DNA of 64,000 nt from Paludibacteraceae bacterium (GTDB taxonomy: Bacteria > Bacteroidota > Bacteroidia > Bacteroidales > Paludibacteraceae), in the NCBI GenBank assembly GCA_024405855.1, contig JAKSNZ010000004.1:15650-79649 (forward strand), in the 5' to 3' direction. Made by a program: the position numbers and the translations under genes. The number at the start of each line of letters is the position of its first letter. The stretch's first letter is position 1. Below, one piece after another: positions 17,979 through 28,185 of the stretch. Below the pieces are notes generated by a model. The model was not told the DNA's origin. It searched no databases and worked only from the letters and a program-made list of their open reading frames with translations.

Positions 17979-19233
17979 ACCATCCTGTAAAGAGCAGAAA
18001 TTGTATTACTCCTTTATGCAGATAGAAGGGCATTTCAATATTTGCAATAAGTAACATAACCACCATAGTTGCAAAAAGCATAAAATCTTTGCGTTTAACA
18101 GCCGTATAGAACAACAATGCAAATATTGAGAGACTAAGTGTCATGCCTATTATGCCTGTTTGCATACAGTCTCCTATGAATTGCTGATGCGGGTTTGCAA
18201 GTCCCTTGTTAGCGTATTGATAGCCAAGTTGTTGTGCTATCTCATTTGAATCCATTACCTCCCTTATGCCTTCAATGCCACTTCCAAGAAGAGGGTGTGA
18301 GTTTATATAATATTTTGCGGTGGTTAGGTTTTGGATTCTTATGGGATCATTTACAAATCTCTTGATATATTCTTCCCCGATAAATGCTCCTGCTATACAT
18401 ATGAGTATTATTGAGAACGCTGTGACAATTTGTAATGTTTTATTTTCTCTTAATAGATAAAGTGTACCTATAAAAGCCATTAGAAGCCATCCAATAAGGC
18501 ATATTCTGCTCTGAGATAATATTATTACCAGAAGTGCTGACAGTGAGTAGATTATAGTCTCAATGTAGTGAGGTTTATCCCATCCTATTTTGCCACTTGT
18601 CTTGTATATGCCTATAGCCATTCCAATTAGTATAGGCACTCCGTTATATGTGGGATGTGTGTAATTAGACCACGCATAAATAATGGAATATGATGGTTGC
18701 ATATCATACATACTCTTACGTATTATCAACCACTCAAAAATCTCTGAATTGTTGCTTATGCACCATATTAGCCAGGTACAGATTGTTGCCGCAATAAATA
18801 TGGACATTGCACGGAAAAAGCCTGTCATTATGGTTTCTTTCTGCTCTTTTGACAACTCAAAGCAGCAGAATGTCAGAGGAATGAATACGAATAGTGAGTA
18901 TACTCGTAGTTGAAACACTCCTGATTTTAAGTCAGTAGTCCATAACAAGGAGACGGCGTGCCACGCAAAATATGCGAAATACAGATAAGTCCAAATTCCA
19001 GGTGTTTTGAAGTGTCTTTTTTTTATGGCGTATATTAGTGCAAAGAGAGCGAATCCGCAAAAGAACTGAACAGCCATGTGACGGGAGAAACAAGATGCGA
19101 CAGCCCATACAAGCAAGCCACCCATAACCAATTTTCCAGCGTAATCAGACTCTCTCCACGCATTTGATTTTACAATAAACAGGAGGGGAAGTAATGATAG
19201 GAGAGCCAGAATATAGTTATGAATTTGGTCCAT
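17923..19233 (-). CDS. O-antigen ligase/polymerase-like (Wzy_C family) polytopic membrane protein
   Basis: About 10-12 predicted TM helices with a large loop between them. The 3' end overlaps the convergent GT4 gene by 56 nt. Confidence 0.7.
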   Translation of the reverse strand: MDQIHNYILALLSLLPLLFIVKSNAWRESDYAGKLVMGGLLVWAVASCFSRHMAVQFFCGFALFALIYAIKKRHFKTPGIWTYLYFAYFAWHAVSLLWTTDLKSGVFQLRVYSLFVFIPLTFCCFELSKEQKETIMTGFFRAMSIFIAATICTWLIWCISNNSEIFEWLIIRKSMYDMQPSYSIIYAWSNYTHPTYNGVPILIGMAIGIYKTSGKIGWDKPHYIETIIYSLSALLVIILSQSRICLIGWLLMAFIGTLYLLRENKTLQIVTAFSIILICIAGAFIGEEYIKRFVNDPIRIQNLTTAKYYINSHPLLGSGIEGIREVMDSNEIAQQLGYQYANKGLANPHQQFIGDCMQTGIIGMTLSLSIFALLFYTAVKRKDFMLFATMVVMLLIANIEMPFYLHKGVIQFLLFTGWFTSGYGITQKERQCSSHK

Positions 19234-19236
19234 CTA

Positions 19237-21237
<2,001 letters not shown>

Positions 21238-21240
21238 CTA

Positions 21241-21248
21241 CAAATATA
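21241..21248 (-). promoter_or_regulatory. -7 box TATATTTG (minus strand), likely gyrB promoter
   Basis: The plus strand reads CAAATATA. It lies 55 nt upstream of the gyrB ATG. Confidence 0.5.
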
Positions 21249-21273
21249 CAAAAAAAATGGGAAATGTACAAAT

Positions 21274-21389
21274 AATAGTGAAGAGTTAATAGTGAATAAA
21301 GAATAGTGAATAGTTAATAGTGAATAGTGTTTCCCCCTTTAGGGGGTTAGGGGGCACTATTCTTTATTCTTTCTTCACTATTCACTATG
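21274..21389. repeat. Inverted pair of 7-nt-periodic tandem arrays: 8 x AATAGTG-like units, a GC-rich core, then 5 x CACTATT-like units
   Basis: Units read directly. Left arm: aatagtg aagagtt aatagtg aataaag aatagtg aatagtt aatagtg aatagtg (21274-21329). Core: tttCCCCCtttaGGGGGttaggggg. Right arm: cactatt ctttatt ctttctt cactatt cactatg (21355-21389). The last unit contains the stop codon of the 21385 gene. Confidence 0.85.
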
Positions 21390-22122
21390 GAATTATGACG
21401 TCCTCATCAGTATCAATGTACCCACCTTGCAGTGCCTGACGTTCCTTGCGGCGAAGGTAATATACAACACCAAACTTCTTTGCCTCCTCCTGCATTGCCA
21501 CAGTACCCAAGTCCTTGTAGTGAGCCTCAATCTGATTCCATAATTCAAGTATCAGTTGGTCAATCTTTTCACGAAGTTGTTTAATTGAATCCTGTGCTCT
21601 GTCAGATGTTTTTTGGGTAACTTTCTTAAGTTGGTAGGCATCTTTGAAAAGTTCATAATTAACCCTTACTTTTGCTATTGTAGGGTTGTAGATAGGGGAA
21701 CCTCCGTTCATTGTACGCTCAGTTTCTCCGTCAATGATGTTCTTTCCCCACTCAAGAATCAGAGATTCTGTGCTTAAATCAGGAACTGAGTAGTTATTAG
21801 GAAGCAGCTTATAGTAAAGTTTTTTCTCAGGCTTTATCTCATTTCTCATACATGAGAGGTTCAGCACCTGTATGAAATGTGAAATGTACATACGGGTGGT
21901 CTTTACTATATTCTGATATTTCTTGTTTTTTGCAGCCTGTTCAGTCTGTTGAGCCTTGTACTCTTCAACTGCATGCTCAAATTGTGGTATAAGCACGCTA
22001 ATATCATGAATAATCTTTGCCTGAAAAGGTGCATTCGCACCAAGTACATCGTATTTTTGCTTTGCTATTTGCATTGCCCTGATACGAGCGGCATCTGTGT
22101 TAGGAAGTCTTCTATATGGCAT
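21385..22122 (-). CDS. Hypothetical protein (245 aa from MPYRRLPNTD)
   Basis: Clean ORF with a coiled-coil-rich, basic N-terminus. No family recognised. The start is chosen at the ATG at 22122, with a TAAATTTG -7 box at 22184-22191 (minus strand). Confidence 0.6.
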   Translation of the reverse strand: MPYRRLPNTDAARIRAMQIAKQKYDVLGANAPFQAKIIHDISVLIPQFEHAVEEYKAQQTEQAAKNKKYQNIVKTTRMYISHFIQVLNLSCMRNEIKPEKKLYYKLLPNNYSVPDLSTESLILEWGKNIIDGETERTMNGGSPIYNPTIAKVRVNYELFKDAYQLKKVTQKTSDRAQDSIKQLREKIDQLILELWNQIEAHYKDLGTVAMQEEAKKFGVVYYLRRKERQALQGGYIDTDEDVIIP

Positions 22123-22241
22123 ACATGTATCTATTTTAATGCGAATAGTTAGATAAAACATATTTTTTACTAACCATTCGGCACAAATTTAGATACATTT
22201 TATAAAAAATGCAAGGGTTTTGTCAAAAAATTAGCAGGATA

Positions 22242-23219
22242 CTATTTCTTTCTGGTTGATAATGATTGAGAAAATTTGAATAAAGGGTCTGTTTTTTCTG
22301 CAGAAAGCCCTAAATTTTCAAGACATTTTTGGGCTTTTTCAGTATAAAGTCTGACCTTTTCCGCACATATTTTGTCAATGCCCATTTCTCTGTAGATTTC
22401 AAGCACTCCTTTAATTTTTTCCTCCTTGTTTTTTTTGCTGTCAAGTGAAAGAAAGTCATTAAGTTTTGCTCTTGATTGAGCATTTGCAAGTTCTAATGCG
22501 GTAAGTAGAGGGAAACACTTCTTTCCACATAAAATATCGCCTCCTATGGCCTTCCCAAACACTTTTGGGTTACCAAAGGCATCAAGGTAATCATCTTGAA
22601 GTTGGAATGCAAGTCCCATGTAAATGCCAAAATTATAGAGTAGTTGAGACTGCTCTTCAGATGCACCTCCAATGAGTGCTCCTATCTTTAGACTGCCTGC
22701 CAAAAGTACCGCAGTTTTGAGCCTTATCATCTCCATATATTCATCAATGCTGACGTTAGTGCGGCTCTCAAATTCCATATCGTACTGCTGACCTTTGCAA
22801 ACCTCATCTGCGGTAGTGTTAAAAATTGTTAAAATTTCAGAGAGGCGGTCACTTTTTACATCTGTAATCAGTTTATAGGCTTCAATAAGCATGGCATCGC
22901 CGCTTAAAATAGCGGTGTTTATATTCCAGCGTTTATGAACTGTGGCGTAACCGCGGCGGGTATCGGCGTTATCCATTACATCGTCATGAAGCAGGGTGAA
23001 GTTATGGAACACTTCAAGTGCAATGCCAGCCTTCAGGGCTTCTTTCAAATTGTCAGTGAACAGATTGCAAGCCATCAGGGTAAGGCATGGTCTAATCCGC
23101 TTTCCCCCAAGTGACAGCACGTACTCAATTGGCTCATACAGTCCTTGTGGCTCACGCTTCCACGCACCAGCAACTATCGCCTGCTCAACTATTGCTAATA
23201 ATTCTTCTTGAGATTTCAT
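22242..23219 (-). CDS. Polyprenyl diphosphate synthase (trans-IPPS family)
   Basis: First DDxxD-type motif LLHDDVMDNADTRRG and second motif QLQDDYLD. Confidence 0.9.
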   Translation of the reverse strand: MKSQEELLAIVEQAIVAGAWKREPQGLYEPIEYVLSLGGKRIRPCLTLMACNLFTDNLKEALKAGIALEVFHNFTLLHDDVMDNADTRRGYATVHKRWNINTAILSGDAMLIEAYKLITDVKSDRLSEILTIFNTTADEVCKGQQYDMEFESRTNVSIDEYMEMIRLKTAVLLAGSLKIGALIGGASEEQSQLLYNFGIYMGLAFQLQDDYLDAFGNPKVFGKAIGGDILCGKKCFPLLTALELANAQSRAKLNDFLSLDSKKNKEEKIKGVLEIYREMGIDKICAEKVRLYTEKAQKCLENLGLSAEKTDPLFKFSQSLSTRKK

Positions 23220-23230
23220 AATATAAATAA

Positions 23231-23307
23231 TATAGTGAATAGTGAATAAAGAATAAAGAAGAGTGCCCTCCTAACTATTCACTATTCTTTATTAACTATT
23301 AACTATT
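23231..23307. repeat. Inverted pair of 7-nt-periodic arrays: 5 x AATAGTG/AATAAAG units, CCCTCCT core, then 5 x AACTATT/CACTATT units
   Basis: Left arm: tatagtg aatagtg aataaag aataaag aagagtg. Core: ccctcct. Right arm: aactatt cactatt ctttatt aactatt aactatt. The last two units encode the ddl C-terminus (IVNS) and its stop codon. Confidence 0.85.
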
Positions 23308-25202
23308 GAAAATTCATTTTCAATAATGTCTGTCATAACTTCCTTGATGTCAAGCCCGGCGGCACGCACCTGTTGCGGTACAAAGCTGGTGGCTGTCATG
23401 CCTGGAGTGGTGTTGGCTTCAAGTACATGAGGGACACCGTCAATTATAATATAGTCTATGCGTACAATGCCTTTGCAACCAAGCAGTGAGTAGTATTTCT
23501 TTGTCTGCTCCTGAACATCTTTTGTAACTTCAGGACTGAGGCGTGCAGGGGTGATTTCCTGTACCTGACCGTTGTATTTGGCATCGTAGTCAAAGAATTC
23601 ATTTGATGTAACAACCTCTGTTATAGGGAATACCACGCACTTGTTTTTGGTCTTGTACATTCCGCAGGTTATTTCAGTACCTTTCATAAATGACTCAATT
23701 ATAACCTCGTCGCCCTCTTCAAATGCACGCTTAATGGCAGGTACTATCTGCTTACTCTCCTTAACTTTTGTAACGCCAAAACTGCTGCCTCCCACATTTG
23801 ACTTTACAAACATTGGCAGGCCTAACTCTGCCTCAATATTAGCGGCATCATACTCTTCTCCAGCACGCAGAAGCACAGACTTTGCAATTTTTGCTCCAAA
23901 TGCCTGTAAGTATCTGTTGCACACAAATTTATTGAATGACACCGATGCGGCAAGAGGTCCGCAGCAGGAGTATTTCATACCTATAAGTTCAAAGTAGCCT
24001 TGCAGAATACCATTCTCACCTGGAGTGCCGTGAATGGTGATGTATGCAAAATCAAATGTGTGACGCACACCACCTGCATCGGTGTAGGAGAAATCATTTT
24101 TGTCAATGTCAAACTCCTCTTTCTCAGATGGTTTGGCATACCAACGCTCTTTCTCAATAACTACAACAGTGGAGTTGTAACGCTCAGGGTCAAGAAATGA
24201 CTTTATACCTGCCGCACTTTTTAGGGATACCCCGAATTCTGATGAATAACCGCCACAAACAATGGCTACTTTTCTTTTTTCCATTTCTTTAATGTATTTG
24301 TTGTTTTTTAATCTCTTATAAATGTAGATACACAGAGCCGACATTGCTAGTGCAAAAGCAACGGAGTCAAGTGAGAGTTCCATGTGGTCCATATCAACAT
24401 TCTTAACCTGTTCAATTTCAGGCCAATTGACTGTAAACCACAGCACAATAACGGCAAGTGTGTTATTTAGTGCGTGAGCAATGGCATTTACCCAAACAGA
24501 ACCTGTGTATAGCAGAATATAGCCCAATACGGCACCAAGCACCATTCTTGGAATAAAGCCGGCAAATTGAAAGTGAATGAATGAGAAAAATGCGGCTGTT
24601 ACCCAAACGGCTACATGTCTTGATTTGCAAAGTTGCATCATAACCCCTTGAATCTGACCACGAAAGCAAAGTTCCTCAACCACTCCCGGAATTATTGCCA
24701 TAACCACTATTTCAGTAAGCAGAACCCAAACGCTCTTCCCCGTAACAAACAGCGTGGTGGCTTGTTCCGCCTCTTTTTCAAGATTGTCAATCATCTCTTG
24801 TAGCCAGCCCAGCGATGCAGGCATCTTTATCATCTCATTCAGTTGGGTGGTAACGCTTACAAACGGCAGTGCCGTAAGCAGGAATACACAGCACAGAAGT
24901 GTCAGTTTCCAAGGCACTCCGTCCTTTCCTCCTATACCCCTGTCAGCGTGCAGGAATGCAAACGGCTTATTGCTTACAAGACAGGCTGAGAGTATTGCTC
25001 CTCCTCCAAATACAATCAACGATACGGAGGCTTGCAGAATGTTCATCCATGCCCAATCAGTGTTGGCATAGTCTGTTGAAATGCCGGCACATTTTAATAC
25101 TATAGCCTCAATTGCCGCATAAATGCACAAGAGGAATAGTGGAACCAAAATGCTAATCAGCAATTTGCTCCAGGGTGAAGATTTTTGAAACGTCAGAAAC
25201 AT
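23292..25202 (-). CDS. ddl: In-frame fusion: CPBP (CAAX/Abi-type) intramembrane protease domain + D-alanine--D-alanine ligase
   Basis: The N-terminal ~306 aa is polytopic with CPBP motifs VVEELCFRG, FSFIHF and HALNN. The C-terminal 330 aa from MEKRKVAIVCGGYSSEFGVS is a complete Ddl (ATP-grasp). There is no stop between them. An internal ATG at 24284 could also start a stand-alone Ddl. Confidence 0.8.
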   Translation of the reverse strand: MFLTFQKSSPWSKLLISILVPLFLLCIYAAIEAIVLKCAGISTDYANTDWAWMNILQASVSLIVFGGGAILSACLVSNKPFAFLHADRGIGGKDGVPWKLTLLCCVFLLTALPFVSVTTQLNEMIKMPASLGWLQEMIDNLEKEAEQATTLFVTGKSVWVLLTEIVVMAIIPGVVEELCFRGQIQGVMMQLCKSRHVAVWVTAAFFSFIHFQFAGFIPRMVLGAVLGYILLYTGSVWVNAIAHALNNTLAVIVLWFTVNWPEIEQVKNVDMDHMELSLDSVAFALAMSALCIYIYKRLKNNKYIKEMEKRKVAIVCGGYSSEFGVSLKSAAGIKSFLDPERYNSTVVVIEKERWYAKPSEKEEFDIDKNDFSYTDAGGVRHTFDFAYITIHGTPGENGILQGYFELIGMKYSCCGPLAASVSFNKFVCNRYLQAFGAKIAKSVLLRAGEEYDAANIEAELGLPMFVKSNVGGSSFGVTKVKESKQIVPAIKRAFEEGDEVIIESFMKGTEITCGMYKTKNKCVVFPITEVVTSNEFFDYDAKYNGQVQEITPARLSPEVTKDVQEQTKKYYSLLGCKGIVRIDYIIIDGVPHVLEANTTPGMTATSFVPQQVRAAGLDIKEVMTDIIENEFSIVNS

Positions 25203-26061
25203 TTAATTTATATTTTGCCCCCATAAGCAGTGGCATGTTGTTTGTTGAAATATGACCTGCAGGAAAATTATAGGCTACAGGAATGTCAATGTCCTTAACG
25301 GCTTCAGCCACAATGCCGTATGCTCCGTCAGGATATGATGTGTCTTCATCAGTATCAGTGAATTGTCCTACAATAAGTCCGCTTATTTGGTTGAAAACGC
25401 CACCAAGTCTAAGGTTCTGAACCATACGGTCAATATGGTAAAGGCGTTCTCCCACATCTTCAATAAAAAGTATTTTGCCTTTGTAGTCAAGGTCAAACGG
25501 GGTGCCGCGCAGGGCATAGAGTATGCTTAGGTTGCCGCCAGTGAGAATGCCTTCGGCGGTGAATCGTTGAATCGGTGAATCGTTGATGTGCTGATACGAT
25601 GATACGGTGATGCGGTGATGCGGTGATGCGAGTATTTTGCGTAGTTGCTGTACAGCAGGGCTGTCAGGCTCTGTAGCAATGTGTTTTGCCATTGGGGCGT
25701 GCAATGATTTTAGCCCAAGTTTGCTTAGTGCGTTATGAATGGCAGTGATGTCACTGAAGCCCACAAATAGTTTGAATCTCTTTTTAAGTGGGGTGAAATC
25801 TATTTTGTCAATTATTCTGCTTAGTCCATAACCACCTCTGGCACAAAGAATTACATTACACCAATCATCATTTATGGCATTCTGTATGTCAGCGATGCGT
25901 TCCTCATCAGTACCTGAAAAGCGGTTGAATTTTCCTTTTGCGTGTTCTGATACACGAACATCAAAACCCCAACCACGCATTACTTCCGCTGCACCATCAA
26001 TGTAAGCGGTGTCTACTGCTCCAGATGGCGAGATAATTGCAATATTTATTTTTTTCTTCAT
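25153..26061 (-). CDS. ldcA: LD-carboxypeptidase (peptidase S66, LdcA-like)
   Basis: GFSDITAIH (Ser nucleophile) and C-terminal FPAGHIS (His). It overlaps the downstream CPBP-ddl ORF by 50 nt. Confidence 0.85.
   Translation of the reverse strand: MKKKINIAIISPSGAVDTAYIDGAAEVMRGWGFDVRVSEHAKGKFNRFSGTDEERIADIQNAINDDWCNVILCARGGYGLSRIIDKIDFTPLKKRFKLFVGFSDITAIHNALSKLGLKSLHAPMAKHIATEPDSPAVQQLRKILASPHHRITVSSYQHINDSPIQRFTAEGILTGGNLSILYALRGTPFDLDYKGKILFIEDVGERLYHIDRMVQNLRLGGVFNQISGLIVGQFTDTDEDTSYPDGAYGIVAEAVKDIDIPVAYNFPAGHISTNNMPLLMGAKYKLNVSDVSKIFTLEQIAD
25558..25629. repeat. 9 tandem 8-nt units (GGTGAATC/GGTGATGC type) inside the ldcA coding sequence
   Basis: Units: ggtgaatc gttgaatc ggtgaatc gttgatgt gctgatac gatgatac ggtgatgc ggtgatgc ggtgatgc. 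That is 72 nt = 24 codons, encoding SPHHRITV-SSYQHIND-SPIQRFTA on the minus strand. Confidence 0.85.
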
Positions 26062-26088
26062 TTATGGTTCTTATTATTCCTATAATAA

Positions 26089-27633
26089 CTATGAGGTCTT
26101 TGGACTCATAGTTATTATAGGAATTATCATTTCTTCCATTGAAATTCCGCCATGCTGAAAGGTGTCTTTATAGTATTGAACGTAATAGTTGTAATTATTA
26201 GGATATGCTAAAAAGTCCTGATTTTGAGCAAAAATGTAAGCACTGCTTAGGTTAGGGCAGGGCAAGCCAACTTTTTCAGGGTGTGTGATGCTCAGCACCT
26301 CATTTTTGTCGTATGCAAGGTTTTTGCCAACCTTGTATCGGAGGTTGTCATTTGTAGCCTTATCGCCAATAACCTTAACGGCATTCTTAACTCTGATGGA
26401 ACCGTGGTCAGTGGTAAGTACAATCTTGACTTTCTGCTCAGATAGGATTTTGAACAACTCTGAAATGGATGAGTGTTTGAACCAAGATAGCACTAATGAA
26501 CGGTAAGCCGCTTCATCAGGGGCAAGTTCACGGAACAGTTTTACCTCTGTACGGGCATGAGACAACATATCTACAAAGTTGAATACCACCACATTAAGGT
26601 CATTGCCAAGCAAACTTTTTAGGCTTTCATTGTACTTCTCTCCAGCCTGATTTGTGTTAATCTTGTTATAAGAGAACTTGTAGTTCTTGCGGAAACGCTC
26701 AATCTGTGTCTTGATAAGAGCCTGCTCATTAAGGTTCTTGCCCTCATCCTCATCTTCATCAACCCAAAGGTCAGGATACATTTTCCTTATCTGCGATGGC
26801 ATAAGTCCTGAAAAAATGGCGTTTCTGGAGTATTGGGTTGCGGTTGGCAGAATGCTGAAGAAAGTTTCGTCCTCATCAAAGTTGAACAGGGTTCCAATTT
26901 CATTCTGTATTATACGCCATTGGTCTTCACGCAGATTATCAATAAGTATGAAAAATACTTTCTCACCCTTGTCAAGCAGCGGGAAAACCTTGTTCTTAAA
27001 TATATCAGGGCTCATCATAGGGCGGTTGCCACTCTCAAACCAAGATTCGTAGTTTTTGCGTATGTATTTGCTAAACTGAGAGTTAGCCTCCGTTTTTTGC
27101 ATGTTGAGCATCTCATCCATTCCACTGCCGGCATCGGAGAGACGCATTTCCCAATATATCAGTTCATTATAAACATTACGCCAATCGTCCGATGTAAAGG
27201 AATCGTTGATTTTCATTCCAAGTTTCATAAACTCAGATTGGTACCCCGATGTTGTCTTTTCCTCAATAATGTCCTGAGCATGAACAACTTTCTTTATTGA
27301 CATAAGAATTTGGTTAGGATTGACAGGCTTAATAAGGTAGTCAGAAATCTTTTGACCTATAGCCTGCTCCATAATGTTCTCCTCCTCACTCTTTGTAATC
27401 ATTACTACAGGCAGTGAGGGTTGTGCCTTCTTAATCTCCAAAAGGGTTTCAAGTCCGCTAAGACCAGGCATGTTCTCATCAAGAAAAACAACACTGAAAT
27501 GATTCTCCTTACAAGCGTCAATGGCATCTTGTCCGCTGACAACAGGTGTTACGGAGTATCCTTTATTTTCCAAAAAAATTATATGCGGCTTCAGCAAATC
27601 TATCTCATCGTCCGCCCAAAGAATGTTAATCAT
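26089..27633 (-). CDS. porX: Response regulator with a C-terminal PglZ (alkaline-phosphatase-like) domain, PorX-type
   Basis: REC domain MINILWADDEIDLL...FLDENMPGLSG...KP, followed by a ~390-aa PglZ-like domain. The start is set at MINILW (ATG at 27633), not the longer ORF-track start that overlaps gtrA. Confidence 0.8.
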   Translation of the reverse strand: MINILWADDEIDLLKPHIIFLENKGYSVTPVVSGQDAIDACKENHFSVVFLDENMPGLSGLETLLEIKKAQPSLPVVMITKSEEENIMEQAIGQKISDYLIKPVNPNQILMSIKKVVHAQDIIEEKTTSGYQSEFMKLGMKINDSFTSDDWRNVYNELIYWEMRLSDAGSGMDEMLNMQKTEANSQFSKYIRKNYESWFESGNRPMMSPDIFKNKVFPLLDKGEKVFFILIDNLREDQWRIIQNEIGTLFNFDEDETFFSILPTATQYSRNAIFSGLMPSQIRKMYPDLWVDEDEDEGKNLNEQALIKTQIERFRKNYKFSYNKINTNQAGEKYNESLKSLLGNDLNVVVFNFVDMLSHARTEVKLFRELAPDEAAYRSLVLSWFKHSSISELFKILSEQKVKIVLTTDHGSIRVKNAVKVIGDKATNDNLRYKVGKNLAYDKNEVLSITHPEKVGLPCPNLSSAYIFAQNQDFLAYPNNYNYYVQYYKDTFQHGGISMEEMIIPIITMSPKTS

Positions 27634-27656
27634 AATTGAAAGTTGAAAAAGAAATA

Positions 27657-28133
27657 TTATTCTTTTCGTCTGCGAAAAGAATAATATTTCTGCATTATAT
27701 AACTGAATATTGTTGTAAATATTGTTGTAATCATCTTTGAAGGTGTAGCCCAGAAGCCGCAAACTTCGCAGAAGAGTTTCATACAGAAATAGGATATAAA
27801 GAAGTTGGCTATAAGGATAAGGGCATATCTGTAAAGTTGGCGATGAACCTTAACCGTTGAGCCTGTGAATGTTATATGTTTTGACAGTAGAAAACCTATT
27901 GTAAATGTAATGGGGGTTACAATTATAAGTGAGGCAATAGGTGCTGAAATGACCACAAATCCAAGGTCAATCATCTGTTTTGCCACTATATAGTTGTATA
28001 TAATAAAGTAAAGGAACCAATCAGACAGTGTGTTGATGGTTCCGCAAGCCAAATAATAATAAACTTCCCTGCTTAGGAATTTGCTAAACAGGGGGTAGAA
28101 AAAATCCAGTATGTACTTTATTAACTTAAACAC
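27657..28133 (-). CDS. GtrA-family membrane protein
   Basis: 158 aa with four TM helices and a YYLACGTINTLSDW-type N-terminal motif. Confidence 0.75.
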   Translation of the reverse strand: MFKLIKYILDFFYPLFSKFLSREVYYYLACGTINTLSDWFLYFIIYNYIVAKQMIDLGFVVISAPIASLIIVTPITFTIGFLLSKHITFTGSTVKVHRQLYRYALILIANFFISYFCMKLFCEVCGFWATPSKMITTIFTTIFSYIMQKYYSFRRRKE

Positions 28134-28185
28134 AGTTAAAATAGTTAAACCCGTGATTAAAGGCTTCGGCTATTCGCCTCGCACT

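Noticed and set aside
12665-19233. The msbA-like / GT2-like / hypothetical / GT9 / GT4 / O-antigen-ligase cluster as a possible novel system.
   Set aside because: The gene content and tight coupling are what is expected for an LPS/LOS core assembly and export locus in Bacteroidetes. Nothing is anomalous apart from the unassigned 201-aa partner of GT9.
21274-21389. Could the repeat arrays be CRISPR arrays or minisatellite-encoded peptides?
   Set aside because: The unit length is 7-8 nt with no spacers, and no cas genes are in the window. The arrays are too short and mostly non-coding. They are reported instead as periodic tandem arrays.
27634-27762. Long N-terminal extensions in the ORF track: porX 27762, gyrB 21213, the 21385 gene 22161, fumarase 56998, acyl-CoA synthetase 58601, tsf 59667, rplM 61611, RSH 39832, parC 45380, MTHFS 48269.
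   Set aside because: The extensions overlap upstream genes or terminators and lack homology-like sequence. Internal starts reproduce the canonical N-termini of each family (for example [40 protein letters not shown]).
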